NCBI RefSeq assembly: GCF_006345805.1
Contig: NC_043016.1
Span: forward strand, 25,234,001-25,298,000
DNA: 64,000 bases
Reading direction: 5' to 3'
DNA from: Octopus sinensis
Lineage: Eukaryota
The notes below the pieces were generated by a model. The model saw nothing but the letters and a program-made list of their open reading frames with translations, did no database searches and was not told where the DNA came from. Shown here piece after piece: positions 46,146 through 61,034 of this stretch (the first letter of the stretch is position 1; each line of letters starts with the position of its first letter). The translations under genes were made by a program, and so were the position numbers.

Positions 46146-49100
46146 GAGACATTATCATGCGCGTACCTGCTCGGTCATATCTGTTAATTTCTAACCAATT
46201 ATCCTCTTGGTTTTTATTTCTGTTACATGTTGTATATGTGATGAACCAGTCTGCAGTGGTGTTTTTTGTTTTTCTCTGTAATTTTTCAATCAAATAGGAA
46301 CTTAGCTTCCTGTTACGTGATTTACCGATAAATGATATTTAATAACGATCATCGCTTCAACCAGTGTAAAAATAATTATTTGTTGAAACTTCTTTCTAGT
46401 TTAAAAAGCACAGATTTGTTTCTGTGTTCACATTTTGATATTTAGGTTTGTTTCTTGCGTCGTACAGTTTGTCTGTCATTTCTGCCATGTGTTTGTAAAT
46501 TGTTTCCTGTGTGCGTGTGTGATGTAAACTCTATTTAAAAAAGAAAAACTTTTTTGTAGTTGAAACTGTACTTTATAAGTCAGCTTTAAATATCTGTTTA
46601 AATTAATTATTTTCATTAGATATTTTAAAACTACAATTTCCATTTAAATGTATAATTGAAATAAAGTAATTCTATCGATTTCTTGATAAGTGGGGTGAAT
46701 TATATTAAAATAAACTGCTAGCTGCTTGCAACCATCGATTGTGACTGACAATGCATTTTGCCTGCAATTAACCTGCCGCAATAGCAGCCGTGATACATTT
46801 ACTGAATTTGAGAAACTTCGGCCTTTTAGGGCAGCAGTGGTTCTCAATCTGTTCTGTTCCGTACCTCCATGAAATGTTTAATTTTCGCATCCCCTACAAA
46901 GCTAATGTCACACGAAGATGTAAAAGTCAATTTTCTATTAACTATTTATAAAAAAAAAAAATTGAATAAAATATAGTACTGTGGGTGAAGACCTTGCCTC
47001 CCTCCAATGCTTTTGGCTCAGTTCATAAAATGTAAATTGAGCTATTCGTAAAAATTGTAAACAGTAAAATCAATTACAACTGTGAAGCAAAATTCTATGA
47101 CTTTATTCCTGACTTTATCAAAACAGATTTTATTTGCTGATTGTAGATTCAGGAGAGTTTTAGATTTGTCTTAATAAAAGACACTTGAATTCATATTCAC
47201 ACAAGTATGTAATTTTAAATACAATGAAGATACAGTAATTGGTCATAATCTTTTAACAATTAAACCTACGTTTAAAGTTTTCGTGTGAATAAAGTTATTT
47301 TTAAGAGTGAGTTAATCATTTTATTCCGATGTGATAGAGTATATACTTTTCCCTTTGTCATGGCACCAAGGGAAGTGGTGACACCCCAACTTAGATGCCC
47401 TTAATCAAGCACTGTATACAATAATTTCATTATTATTATTATTATTATAAATTAAGCTTTTGCAACGGCTTCGGTAGTGGAACTTCAATTTTTAAGCGCG
47501 TAACTGTTTTATTCAATATAAGTTATAGTGTTGCTTCTGTTTTCGTAGTTTTGTTATTACTTTTTCAAATTTTCACAACTACATATATTTTATTAGTTTC
47601 AAACAAAACAAAATATTTCATTATAGTTTCCATGATGGGTTAGAACAGCACATGGAACATTCTGTTGTCTCTGTGGCACTTAACATATAATCATTTCTAG
47701 TTGGTGTATCAAAGAGACAGTTCAAAGATTAGCAGAATACAAAACGAGGAGAATATATCTTACTGGCTATCCACTTTGGTAGTCTCACTGTTGGAATGGT
47801 ACTGAAGATAGGGAGGAAAACGATACAAAGCACTACCAAGAGAAGTATGCTAAAAGTAGTACTTGATCTTTTCAACCAGGCATTTACATGTCCCGTCTGC
47901 GAACCGAAGCAAGCACATCAAAGTTGGGATGCACATTCATCAATGAACATAGTCGTTACCACATATTATGGATGAACAATCTTACGCAAATCAATATATA
48001 AATATATGTAGTTCAAATTTACTGAGAACAAAAGACGAAGACAGGTGTAGTAACAAAAAGCAGGTGTATTAGTTTAACACTCGGGAAGAATGGAAAAGAC
48101 TGATACGCTTCGAGCCTACGGATTAAGAGGAGGGATTAACGGTTCAACATGAGGAAATAGCCAGAAGTAGCCAGTATATATGTACATAGATATATATAGC
48201 ATCAAAGAAAGAGTTTCTACGTGGCCACTCGATCTGCTAGAAACAATAACCACATTTTTGTTATATTACACCCTATTTTCTTAATACCTTCAAGCTCGAC
48301 TAAGTTTGAGTTGGCATATACTACACCATCAACAACAACACTATATAACGTATGTAACCAAACTAGTACTCTACATCAAGTTACTACCTTTCGCCAACCT
48401 GAGGGATTAGCTTAAGAGATGTAGTAGATAACATTTCCAAATAAAACTCGCACAAATACAAACACATATGCCTGCACACACAAGATAATAAACGAATATA
48501 TATATATACACATGCACGCACATTTTCTTGAGTTGTATTTGTTTACATATGTTTATCAGTTATTAAATTACATAATGACCCCAATATAACTAAGTGATAC
48601 GGCCTGTCGCGAGACAGGCAGGCCAAACGATCTATGATACAGCAAAGAGTGTGAGAGTTGTGCGTTTTGTATATTAAAATACACAACGCATTGGGTTGCA
48701 ATTTAAATGATGAAATCGAGACCAACAAGCAAGTAAACGACTTCAGAGCATTCATATGCTCCACCTCTTTCGTACAGCTACACTCCACTCCAAACCTGCT
48801 ACTCAAACCTACACTTGACTCACACTTACATCTAACTCCCCTTACTTTTCAATCAGCATTGTTACAGTTGTCATGTTCAGGCTGCTCTCGTCAGCTACTC
48901 ATGTTTCTTTCGAGATAATGAGAATGTTTAACGGACTAGGCCTCTCAGTAACGAAGATGACCATTTTAAATGAATCCGATTATTCCAAGTTTATTTTTTC
49001 CCCGTTCATTTAAGTAGATTGTATTGAAGAAATATTTTTTTTAGTTTGAATACAATATCTTCACTCCGCTACTAAGGGCGGCGACGAAAGTGGAATATAG

Positions 49101-49221
49101 CTTTAGCGTGCTTAACTGAAAGCAGCAGCATAGTAGCTGGATAGGCACAGACGGGTCAAGGAGGCTTTTTTTTTTTATAAATTTAAGACTCTTTTACAGA
49201 ATTGATTCGTAAAATTTCATC

Positions 49222-49224
49222 ATG
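49222..49224 (+). CDS. Candidate ATG-only first coding exon of an unidentified gene
   Basis: TTTCATC-ATG followed directly by the consensus donor GTAAGT in a CpG-rich, repeat-poor region; downstream exons not identified. Confidence 0.4.
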
Positions 49225-52200
49225 GTAAGTGTTTTAAAACATTTTCTTTTGGTCTCTTTTACTAAAAGTCATATTTATGTAGTTTTCACTGATAATATAT
49301 CCGTGTCGGATCGTGTAATCTTAAAACGATGTGCCGTTATTAAATGTCGAAGAGAGAAAGTCGAGTTGGCGTACATATGTGTGTATTCACAGTGATTCCT
49401 TTTATTGCTAGTTCAGTGCAGATCATTTCTATTTTCTTGTTAAAAAGACAAACACACACCCACACTTTAACTACTATCATTTTAATTTGTTTTGTAAGAC
49501 ATTCAAATTTCCGTTCGCGGACAAATAATCTATGCTAACGAGAGGAAAATGCAAATTTAGAGAGCTATCCTTTCTGATCGCTATATGTACATTATATGGA
49601 CCACATGTAATTCACATTGTTTTGTATTAAAATAACAGATTTAAATTTTACACATGTATCTGGAATTATATATATATTTAAATATGTACTCTCACACACG
49701 TTTAGAGATATTAACGTTTTCCCTAAAACTAGCTTTCCATATTTCTCTTTTATTAATCATTAATTTTCGTTCGAAAAATTTCCGTCCAGTTTATCACCAT
49801 TGTTATTGAATTATTTCAAGCAGATTTGTGTAGGAGACGGTGAGAATGTTTCGATTCCACAAGATTAAACGTTTTTACACTATCTTAATGAAATTCAGAA
49901 GGGTATATTTTGTCTTTTGTATCTATATTACGTGTGTCTCTTTCGATCGAAGAAGGATCCAGTCTGGTGTGCAAACTGACTGACTGCTCTTGCCTTGAAC
50001 TGTGCTTTAGCTAGGAACACTAAAAAAAAAGAGAAAAAAAGGCAAATGTAGGTGGTGTATAAGCTTAGATTCAATATCAGCACTACCTGACAAGTTTGCT
50101 TTATGGTCCATATTAAAACAAATGTGAGAGAAAACAATTTAATAAATGGAAGAGGAAAATTGTAACTTTTTTTTATACGGCATGGTGTGTTTCGAATCAG
50201 AATGTTAATTTTTCTAACGATCAACTGCAGATTTAATGCTAAAGGCAACTAGTCATACCAAATATATATATATATATATATGGAATGAGTGATGGATGAA
50301 GAGAAGCGCTGTTATTTCTACTGTGGAGTTGTAGTTAATCTCATATTTCAAACTGTCATTGCCCTGTCGTCAGCACGTATTTTTTTTCTGTAACGGTAGA
50401 TTTTTTAGTGTGCTTTATGAATCTTTTCTCATAAACCAAGCGATTGGCACAGGGAGAAGGAGGGGAAAAAAAGGAAGAAATTAATGGTGGGAGGAGAAAC
50501 ACCTATCCTAAGTAGAGATGATAGTCTTGTTTGTGGTTTTTTTATACCTATGTTTCAAACTGTACAGTCAAATTAACTTTCAGTGTCATGCCTCGTCAAA
50601 AGGAACGAATATTTATTATGATGGTTTTACAGTTTGGATGTAGTAGACTGACTGATGCCCGCTTTCTCTATGATATAACCAATAAACTCTCAAGCCATCT
50701 TGAATTAGTTGCATTGGATTAGGCTCTTCTGGCGATGTTTTGTCTGCTGCTACTTCTGTTTTCTCTCTCCCCCCTTCCATATCTCTCCCTTACACACATA
50801 CTCTGCTTTCCTCTTTCCCTCTCTCTCTCATTTCACCCTTCCACTGTTTCATCAAATACATGGCCGAAATATCTCTCTGCCTGTGTTATATGATGATGTG
50901 TTGGTAAATAGTTTATTTTCAGTTCAGTTAATAATAATAATTCGACATTGCACGTTCTTGTAGGTTATTTGAATCATCAATGTTCGACATTTTTGATATG
51001 TGGAAGGAGGGTGGCAGCGACACGTAGAAATAGAAATTAAATAAATGTAGATGGAATAGCTAATTCTTCCTTACATCCACAATGTGTGTATCTGTGAACA
51101 TGTGGATGGGCTAGAGAAAATTATAATTTTTCTTACATTATAAAAGAAATGAAGTTTATAAAAACATTATTTTTTTGGACGTGAGTGTTTAGAGGGAAAA
51201 TGATTTATTGTGTTATTTAAAAACCACCAAAACATAAACTCTTGTGCCTCCATGTACTTAAATATCTCTATTTGCTGACACTATATCCACGCATACACAT
51301 TTACAGACATTTGCTGTCACAAAACGGCGTTAGCTTGTGTGGGCTGTATGATTATCAGTATTCATTTTCTGGGGCAGTGTTTCAATCTAGATGCCCCGTC
51401 TGTTACCACTCAAGTTACCGTCTACGACAAAGAGATACGGTGTGATCACATTGTGTATGTGTGTGTTTGCATGTACGTATGTATTATATATATATATTTA
51501 TAATATGCACGCAATATATATATATATGAATGTGTCTGTATAATATGCATACTTACAAATGCGTATATATACATATCTATAAGCATGCGTCCTTATATAC
51601 ATTTGTACCTACATGTATATGTACATATAGTATATACAGATGTAGATGTATATTCATATGCATCCGTATATGTATACATGTGAGTGTGTATATACATATG
51701 TCTATATATTTGTGTATGTATATATAGTTATACACACGTATATATATATATATGAAATTTACATATGTCTATAAATACGTGTATGTACACACACACGTAT
51801 TCATATACAGGAATCCCTGACTTGATAATAATTCCTGATTTACATGGTTTATTTATTGTAGCCTGTCTTAACAGGAGATAAATTCCATACCACATGATCC
51901 CATGTGAAAAAATTTAAATCTCCTATTTTGTTGTCATAGCAACCGCTGCTAGCTGGTTGTAGAAGCCTTTTTTCCGTTTTTCTCTGTGACATCACTTCTT
52001 TTTTTGATTTAGAACATTTTTTTTCTGTATAGTAATTGAGAAGAGGGAAAACGAAGGTGAGAATGACTGCAAAAATGTAAAGTTATTTCAGGGAAGTAAC
52101 TTTAGTGCCCATTTAGACTGGACGAAGGAATGGTAATGCACCCTTTGAAAGTAAGCCGAAAATTATAAGAAAAAATGACAGATGGTTACATCTTAGCAAT

Positions 52201-52595
52201 GCGGTTAACTCGAAATTGGAACAAGATAACAGAAATAGACTGAAAATTAATTAGAGCAGATACAGCATTGAACAAAAGCTTTGAATCTACTACTGATCTT
52301 GAAAAGGGGCAATGAAGTAACAAAAACAAATTTTTATAGGCAGCTCTGGTAGTTTTTAAGGCTTCTTATACAATGTAAGAATTTAAAGCAAATCCACCAT
52401 CCTTGTTAAAGGCATTATAAAAAGCATGTTGCTGAGACTGTTTTATTTATGGAAGTGTATTCCCTTAAACTTTCCTTGCTGAGGAAGATTTAAAAAAAAA
52501 AAAAAAAAGGAAAAACCCCATTCTAAATGGCGGTGCCCCAGCATGGCCACAGCTCATGAGCTGAAACTAAAATCAATCAATCATACCAATCCTGA

Positions 52596-52960
52596 TTATA
52601 AAGTGTCAAAAGACAGAATAGGAATTTTAATGGTAGGAAATGCTGGTGACAACTTTAAACTAAAGCCAATGGTTATCAGCTGTACATAAGTCAGTAAAAT
52701 AGCACGGTGACAAAACACCTTTTTGAAGCCTGGTTTAAGACTTGTTTCTGCCCAATTGCGAAAGAAATATTGTTTGAAAACTTTGTTGGTTTTGGATAAT
52801 GGGTATCCTCCTACTGAGGGAATTGTGCAAAAATGTGAGGATTGTATTTTTGTCCCCAAACACATTTTGCCACCAGTGGATTTCAGGGTAACTGGAATAT
52901 GCAAGTCATACAAGCTATATAATAATCCAGGTTCATTGGCTTTGTTCTGGTAGGAACTCA
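52596..52960 (+). pseudogene. pogo/Tigger-type DDE transposase remnant
   Basis: KVSKDRIGILMVGNAGDNFKLKPMVI and LLVLDNGYPP..FVPKHILPPVD, resembling KDRxTxL..NAxG..KLKP and LLxLDNAxxHP..QPMD. Confidence 0.75.
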
Positions 52961-52994
52961 GTATTAAATTGCAATTGAAAACATTTCTAAGTTG

Positions 52995-53003
52995 GGGCAA
53001 GTG

Positions 53004-53053
<50 letters not shown>

Positions 53054-53490
53054 GAATATATACATATGTATATATATATATATACATACATATATATATT
53101 TATACATACACATATATATATACACATGAATATATACATATCATCATCATATATATATATCATGATATATACACACGAATATATACATATGTATATATAT
53201 ATATATACATATGTATATATATATATATACATACATATATATATTTATACATACACATATGCATGTATATATATATACATATGTATATATATGCATGTAT
53301 GTGTATACATATGTATATATTCATGTATATATATATATGCATTTATGTATGTATATATATGTATGTGAGTGTATATGTGTGTGTATATATGTATGTGTTT
53401 ATATATGTGTGTATATATATATTTGTGTATATATGTGTGTATATCTGTATGTATGTGTGTATATATCTGTATGAATGTATGTGTATATAT
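52995..53490. repeat. Compound TA/CA/TG microsatellite
   Basis: Direct inspection. Confidence 0.95.
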
Positions 53491-53539
53491 AGTTACTCAG
53501 GTTGTAGCATCTTCGTAATTAAACAGTTAATTGACTTAG

Positions 53540-54290
53540 AAATAATTACAGAGGCCAGGTTATGAAAGTCACTGAAAGAGCCATAGCTCAATTAATTAGG
53601 AAGAAAGTTAACCTAGATGAGATGCAGTTTTGTTTTGTGCTGGGGAAAATTACTATTGTGCAGGAGAAGTATTTAGCTAAAAGTAAACTGCTGCATTTGG
53701 CATTCATCAACCTAGAGAAAGTCTTTGACAGGGTGCTTGCTCCCTCACTTGGAAGTTGTTGTGGAAGCTAGGAGTAGATGAATAAATGGCGAGAGCCATA
53801 CAAGCCACGTGCAGGGATGTTATCGGTAAGGTGAGCATTAGAAAATAGTACAACAATGAATTTATAGTGCAGGTAGGAGTTAATCACAGTTCAGTTATCA
53901 GTTCTGTTTTATTTATCATTGTCATCTAGATGATATCAGATAAATTTAAAACTAGTTGCAATTGGGACTCTTCTACACTGATAACCCTGTTCTTGAGCTG
54001 AAGCTATTACAGAATTAGAAATGAAATTCTAAGTGTGGAAGCAAAACTTGGAATCAAAGGGCCTTTAAAGTTAACAGGAAAACAGACAAGACATTAATCC
54101 CTTCAGGTAAATGGTTCTGTTAGATCTGTGGAAGATGTGTTCATAGAAATTCCATACAGTGTAATCAGTGCAAACTGGACGCATAAGAGGTGTAGTAGAA
54201 TCACTGGAAGGTTAGCAGAGAAAATAGACTTTGTGGCAGATGCATAGGTGCAATAAACACTAAGAGCACATTCAAAATAAATTTTCTTAA
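53540..54290 (+). mobile_element. Degenerate RTE remnant of the PHD-insert family
   Basis: KVTERAIAQLIRKKVNLDEMQF..QEKYLAKSKLLHLAFINLEKVFDRV; RNSIQCNQCK..THKRCS at about 54115-54245. Confidence 0.82.
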
Positions 54291-54489
54291 ACTGAGGTCA
54301 GTTTATTTGATTAAAATTCTTCAAGGCAGTGCCTAGCATGGTTGTAGTCTAATGACTGAAACAAGTAAATGAAAAATTATATATATATATGTGTATGTAT
54401 ATAATTATTTATATATAAAACTGTGGCATTGAGTTCAGATCTTACCAGAGTCAACTTCACTGTAAGAAAAACAGCACCATGACACAATT

Positions 54490-55231
54490 CACTGTGTCAG
54501 AAATTTGGAAATGTCATGCTGTACCGCTTGGCATTTGTACCAGAAGCTCCAATACGAACATTTCAGTGTATTTGGGTGTTAATCTGCAGACAGTGCAATC
54601 AAAGGACATGTACTGAGAATGATAAAAATTAAACATCCAGTCAACATCGTGGTGTTTGGAGTGATAACTAGTGATGGTGACATTATGCCTCCATCCTTCT
54701 CCCCACGCCGCCTCAGACTCTACATGGAGGCCTACATCAAGTGCCTGGAGGAGGTAGTGCTGCTCTAGTTCAAGAGGGTGGCTGCTGGAAGACACTATGT
54801 CTAGCAACAGGACTCTGTACCATTCCACACATGCAGGGGAACCCAGTCATGGGTGTCAGACAATTTCTGTGACTACATCACCCCTAATATCTGGCGACCT
54901 AACTCCCCAGACTGCAACCCCCTTGGTTATTATGTGTGGGGCACAGTTGAGCAAGAGACTAACAAAACTCCTTGTAACACTAAAGATTAACTGAAGGCAA
55001 GGATTATGGCAGCATTCACCAACTTAAACAAGGAGATTTTCCTGAGGAGTTGCAGGAGATTCCAAAGTTGTCTGGAGGCCATGGTTGAAACCAATGGCAA
55101 TTTTATTGAATAAATTTACTCTTTAGTATTGCAGGATATTTTTATGTTATTTTGGTAAATATATCTGTTAAAATGAGATGTCAGTGTTATTTTCGTTTCT
55201 GTGGTATTTAGTTTATTCACTGCACCCTGTA
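54490..55231 (+). mobile_element. maT (DD37D) Tc1/mariner-superfamily remnant with right TIR
   Basis: VFGVITSDG..QQDS..WRPNSPDCNPLGYYVWG with 37 residues between the second D and the mutated third D; ends CACTGCACCCTGTA. Confidence 0.88.
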
Positions 55232-55391
55232 CACGCACACACATATGGTATGCACATATTATTATATTATTGATATACATATATATATGTACATGTATCT
55301 ATAAACATATGTTCATATGTATACATATAAATATGTATGTTTGGGCTGTATGTGCGTGTATGTTTGTGTGTGTATATATATATTTATATAT

Positions 55392-55945
55392 ACGAGCAAA
55401 ACGCACCCCCATCCCCGTCCAATGGACAGTGCAGAGTTGTCAAATATTTAAACCAAATTTTCTCAAAACAACTTGCCCGACCGTCCCATAGACCTCCCCT
55501 TTGAGAAACATTAATTTAACCTAAATTTGAGACACCAGCAAAAGAAGAAATAAAGATAGACTTTTTTTCTGTTCCAAAGAAAAACGATTTTAACACACAA
55601 ATATGCAACCAAAGAGTTTAAAGTACCAGTAATGATAAGGCTGTTGACTGGGAGAACACAAACATGGTTTAAACAGTAAGCTTGGCAGGAAAGAAATGTG
55701 CCTTTAAGCAGTACAAAAACACAAAAAAATGGAAGGTGCAGTTATGTACAGGTTGATGGAAGAAAAGCAGGACAAAAACGGCTATATCAATCGCATTCTC
55801 ACCTGGAATCGATTTTTGTAATCTTTACAAGACTTATACACGCCCTGATACCGTCGGTATCTACATAGCAAATTTGAGCACGATCGGATGGAGGATGCCC
55901 GAGATCCGAGAAGACACACAGACAGAACGGAATTTTATAATAGAT
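55392..55945 (-). mobile_element. Non-autonomous Helitron-like element, copy 2
   Basis: Shares both ends with 8263-9050 but has a different core. Confidence 0.6.
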
Positions 55946-57224
55946 ATATATATATATGCTCATACATACATATAATCAAAGCAGCATAATATCAAGTAGT
56001 TATAATACTGGGCTGACTTGGTACTTCAACTTACGTGCCTAATTTAACTGAATCTATATATGTATGTATATATATATATGTATGTATATGTGTGTGTGTG
56101 TGTGTGTGTATATGTTTATATATTTGTATGTGTGTGTGTATATATATATATATACTTCTACTCAAAAGGCTACAAATGTACTGTTAGGAATGTTTCATGT
56201 GTATGTATGCATCTACGTGTGTGTGTATATATACACACACACACACTCATCTGATGATCATTTGGTCATTTGAGCTTGTTTTTTCTTGAGTCATCTTTCC
56301 ACTGTTCTCCATGTTGTTTATGTCTATGCCCCATGCATAAGCCTTGTCCACAACTCATCTTCCTAACACTCCAGCACTATTTATTTGGTTGCTGTAATTA
56401 AATGGATGCAGAACTACACATATTTCATTCCCTTTTTGTGCTACCCATTATCCCTCTCCTGGGAAACCACTTCCCTTGTCACTCCTCCTGCATTCCCAAT
56501 ATCATCCTTTGCCACTTTATTTTTTATTGAACACACCTTTCCCCTGAAGATCTCATATCTGCTATTGATACCTCCCCACCACAACCATTGTTTATCATTC
56601 ACCATTTCCAACCCTGCATACCCCTGCTCTGTCTCTTTTTCCTGCTCCTTCCACCCCACAATTCTCAGCTACCTACAAATTAATTATACAGTTGCTCTTC
56701 ACCCTCCCCTTTTGTGCACTGCTACTTACCACCACTTCCTTGACCTGCTATTTTTCTTTATCTTCCCTCTGAAAACTGAGATTCACCATTGATTACATCT
56801 TCTCTATTTACCATTCACTGCATTTACCTCTATTTCCAACTCCAGCCTTCTTTATTCTCTTTTCACATTCTTGTGAATATTCTCATCCATTTATCTACAA
56901 TTCTCTGTCCCTATTCTCTTTTAAACCCACCTTGTACCTTGAGGGTGTGCCTTGACATTCACCTTCATCTTCCTTTCCAACTGGGGGTATCTCTTACAGC
57001 AAGACATCTGTTCCTGTCCCTTCCTCAATACTACACTCCCGCTCAGTTGAGGGTCTTGTCTTGCAACTTACTTGGTAACCTCAATAGTACTGGTGTCATA
57101 ATAAAAGAACCCAATACATTCTGTAAAGTGGTGGGCATTAGGAAGGCACCCAGGTGTAGAAAGCATTCCAAAAGAGACATTGATTCATAATACCATCCTC
57201 TCTGTATGTAACTCATGCATTTGA

Positions 57225-57760
57225 TGATGATGATCATCATCATCGTTTAACGTCCGTTCTCCATGCTGGCATGGGTTGGACGGTTCGACCGGGAATCTGG
57301 GAAGCCAGAAGGCTGCACCAGGCTCTGGTCTTATCTGGCAATGTTTCTACAGCTGGATGCCCTTCCTAACACCAACCACTCCGTGAGTGTAGTGGGTGCT
57401 TTTTACGTGCCACCTGCACTGGTGATGATATGTATATATAAATGCATACATGTGTGTGTGTGTCATCATCATCATCATTGTCATCATTTAACATCCTTTT
57501 TTCATGCTGGCATGGTTTGGATGGTTTGACAGGAGTTAGCGAGCTGCCCAGGCTCCATGTTCATTTTGGCATAGTTTCTATGGCTGGATGCCTTTTGTAA
57601 CACCAACCACTTTACAGTGTGTAGTGAGTGCTTTTACACAGTACCAACATGGGTGCATTTATATGGCACCAGCATGGGTGCTTTTTATGTGGCACAAGTA
57701 TGGGTGCTTTTTATGTGGCACCAGTATGGATGCTTTTTACTTTGCAGCAGCATCCGTGAG
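57225..57760 (-). mobile_element. Two adjacent short RTE 3'-end copies
   Basis: (CAT)n tails at about 57225-57245 and 57462-57488; the second has about 23-bp tandem units (ATGGCACCAGCATGGGTGCTTTT). Confidence 0.8.
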
Positions 57761-58117
57761 CCTGCAAGATTAGGGTTGCTCAGCTGGAGAGGGTTGCAGG
57801 GGTCAAGCCTGTATGCAAGGATAATCACACTTTTACTTAGCTTGACATGTCATTCCAAGCACACAAAAACCGCCAGGAGTCTCAGTTCCTGTCTTCTCCT
57901 CTGTGAGTCACAATGTCTGTATATCCTTTCTCATTACTTTGTCCTATGTCTTCCTGGGTCTATCTTTTCCACATGTTCCTTCTACACATTTTCTATTCCT
58001 TTTTGTGTTTCTTCTCTCATTTAATTTTTAATTTGTTATATGTAGTTTTGTGCCTGATGAATATGTTTGAGGTATATTTCTCAACATATGAAACTATTAG
58101 TATCACATAAAAACATA

Positions 58118-58156
<39 letters not shown>

Positions 58157-58164
58157 TATATATA

Positions 58165-58470
58165 TATCATCATCATTTAACGTCTGTTTTCCATGCTAGC
58201 ATGGGTTGGACGGTTCGACTGGGGTCTGGGAAGCCAGGGGCTGCACCAGGCTCCAGTCTGATCTGGCAGTGTTTCTACAACTGGATGCCCTTCCTAACGC
58301 CAACCACTCCTCGAGTGTAGTGGGTGCTTTTTACATGCCACCTGCACAGGTGCCAGGAGAGTCTGGCATCGGCCACGATCGGTTGGTGCTTTTAACGTGC
58401 CTCCGGCACGGAAGCCAGTCAAGGCGGTGCTGGCATCGGCCACATTCGGATGGTGCTTTTTATGTGCCAT
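58165..58470 (-). mobile_element. Short RTE 3'-end copy between (TA)n tracts
   Basis: CATCATCATCATTTAACGTCTGTTTTCCATGCTAGC. Confidence 0.88.
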
Positions 58471-58792
58471 ATATATATATATATATATATAGATACACGC
58501 ACACACACACACATTCATACATATAGTGTAGGTTTAAGTGTATAAGTAGTATTCAGTGAAGAAAATGATCTCTGTTGATTTATTAGTTGGAGAAAACATG
58601 CGAATGTTTGCAGCTGAGTGTTAAAAAAAAAAAGGAGCAGAGCTCTTAACAGTATCTGTGCATCAGTTACTTTAACTTCAGGAAGTTGCCATACATATTT
58701 CTAATTAAAGTTTCAGTTTCTGAATTAATTTAATATCTTTACCAAATAGTTTGCTGGTAATATGTGTACAAATTAAAAAAAATATATAACTA

Positions 58793-59178
58793 GGTGCAGG
58801 CATGTTTGTGCAGTTAAGATGCTTGTTTCCTGATCATGGGTTCTTTGATTCAGTCCCACTTTGTGGCACCTAGTGTCTTCAACCTATAGCCCTAGGCCAA
58901 CTAAAGCCTTGTGAGTGACGGAAGCTGAAAGAAGTCTGTTGTGTGTGTGTGTACCCTTGTGTAGACATGTTATTGCTGTAAATGTGCATAATTGTCATAC
59001 AAGCATGGTTGTTGTCAGTCATCCTTGAAAAATCTGTTCTGTGGAAAAAATATTACCTTGCTTGGTAACTGGTGAAGTTTGGTAATTGGAAGGACATCTT
59101 AGCTGTAGAAAATCTGCCTTAACAAATTCCATCTGACCCATGCAAGCATGGAAAAGTGACTATTAAATGGAGATGATT
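58793..59178 (+). mobile_element. SINE family C
   Basis: Family A-like head and (TG)n, then TAGCTGTAGAAAATCTGCC..GACCCATGCAAGCATGGAAAAGTG RTE-type tail. Confidence 0.78.
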
Positions 59179-61034
59179 ATATATATATCAGCATAAAAGC
59201 ACATGCTATTTACAACAGCTGACTGATACATTGAATGTAAAATCCCTGACTGGAATACCACTTGAGTTGAAGAAAATGTCTGGTATTTATAATAGACTTG
59301 TTAGGTTTATATAGCTGTTGGGTGTCATGGAAAATATTCACCATTACATTTGGTTTATGTGCAAGTCTTTCACTTTTCATTTGTGTCTGATGCACCTCAT
59401 ACAAAGAAGGCTATTGTATCACACAAGGACTTGGTTAAAACTGTAAAGTGAAGGGAACTGAAACGGTACAGTTATGTCACAAGAAGTTCTGACCTGGCAA
59501 AGACAGTGAATAGTGGACAAAAAGCAAGGCAGCCAAGGAGAAGACGGGCTTGTATCATCAAAGAGGGGACAGGCCTCAGTTTCATTAACTCACAGCAGCA
59601 GAAGACCAAGAGAAGTGGTGAAATCTGGATCACCAGTGACCACCTACGTCAAAGATAAGATAGGGTAGGACAGGTATTATATATCTGATCTATAGAGAAA
59701 GATAACAATATAGACTATGGCATAAATAGCTACTTAATGATTAATAGTAGCAATTTAATTGAATATAGACACATTGACATTATAGATGCACTCTTTAGTA
59801 CACCTGTTAAAATATATGTTGTTTGAAAGTTATTTTATTGGCACCTAAAAAACCTTGATGGCTAATTATGTTATCTATATTTTATTGATGGTGTATGATT
59901 GAATTTTAAATGTGTATGGTTGTTTTAAAATCCTTATGTAAATGCCATTCACCATCTGGTGTAAAAGAAAATGTTTTTATGACTCTGAATTACTTGAACC
60001 AATTCTTTGGAATCTTTACTGTCTTCTTACCATTTATTTATTTGCAATGTATCTAGTGATAAAGCATAACACTTTTGCCACCTATTGTGAATGACTTTTC
60101 TTCTTCAACCATCTAATTGTTCCACTCCTAAAGAATGTCTTTGGAAGGTTCTTGTAATAGGCTTACAGTAAGAAGCTGGAGCATAGTCCTTAATCCTTCT
60201 GGAATTACTGACTAAATATGCTATTGTTTTGTTAAGTAGGTTTCGAACTTATTCTAAGTCAGCAAACTCTTTTTCTCTCTTAAACCACATGGTTATCTAC
60301 TCTGCATTTTTTCAATCCATAAATCAACTGTTTTCATCAACATGAACAGCTGGAAGTAATTTTGTATTTGGCATTATTTTTCATTTAGAATTAACATTGA
60401 GTTCAATTTGGTGCCATATGTGAAGTAACATATGACTGAACTTTCTTTTAGAATAGTCCTTTTTTCTGTCTTTGGTATCAACAATTTTAAATGTATTTAA
60501 AAAGTACAAGATGTGTCATCTATATTAATAAATCTAACACAAGGCAGTTGTATTGCTTCTTCTGTCAATCTGGAAATTTGGAATTTTCTGTTCAAGGTTT
60601 CTGGAAAATTCTGTAATTTTTGTCTTCTATATTGAAACTAGATCTTTCCTTTCCATAAAAAGAGAAAACCATTTGTTGTTTCTTTGACACCTTTGCTTTC
60701 ATTTGGATGTGTTTTTGCCCACCTAGTGTGTTTTTGCATCTCCTAGTCAGGTAACTGTAAAATTATTTTGTTAATTTTTCACGGATCCAACATTCTGGGT
60801 AATCATTATGACATCATTTAAAATGACTGCAGTGGAACCTGTTTTGTGTTTGTGTCCACTTGTATACTACAATTTATGGTATATGTCTTCATATATCTAT
60901 GTATCATCATTGTTATCATTTTAACATCCACTTTTCCATGATCAGATTGGTCAGAGTTTATTGAGGTAGATTTTCTATCATCTGCATGTCCTTCTTGTCA
61001 CCTGTATATATATGTGTGTGTGTGTACATATATA

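Noticed and set aside
48602-48619. GCCTGTC-GCGA-GACAGGC hairpin with a GNRA loop
   Set aside because: A single 7-bp stem with no other RNA-gene features is expected by chance.
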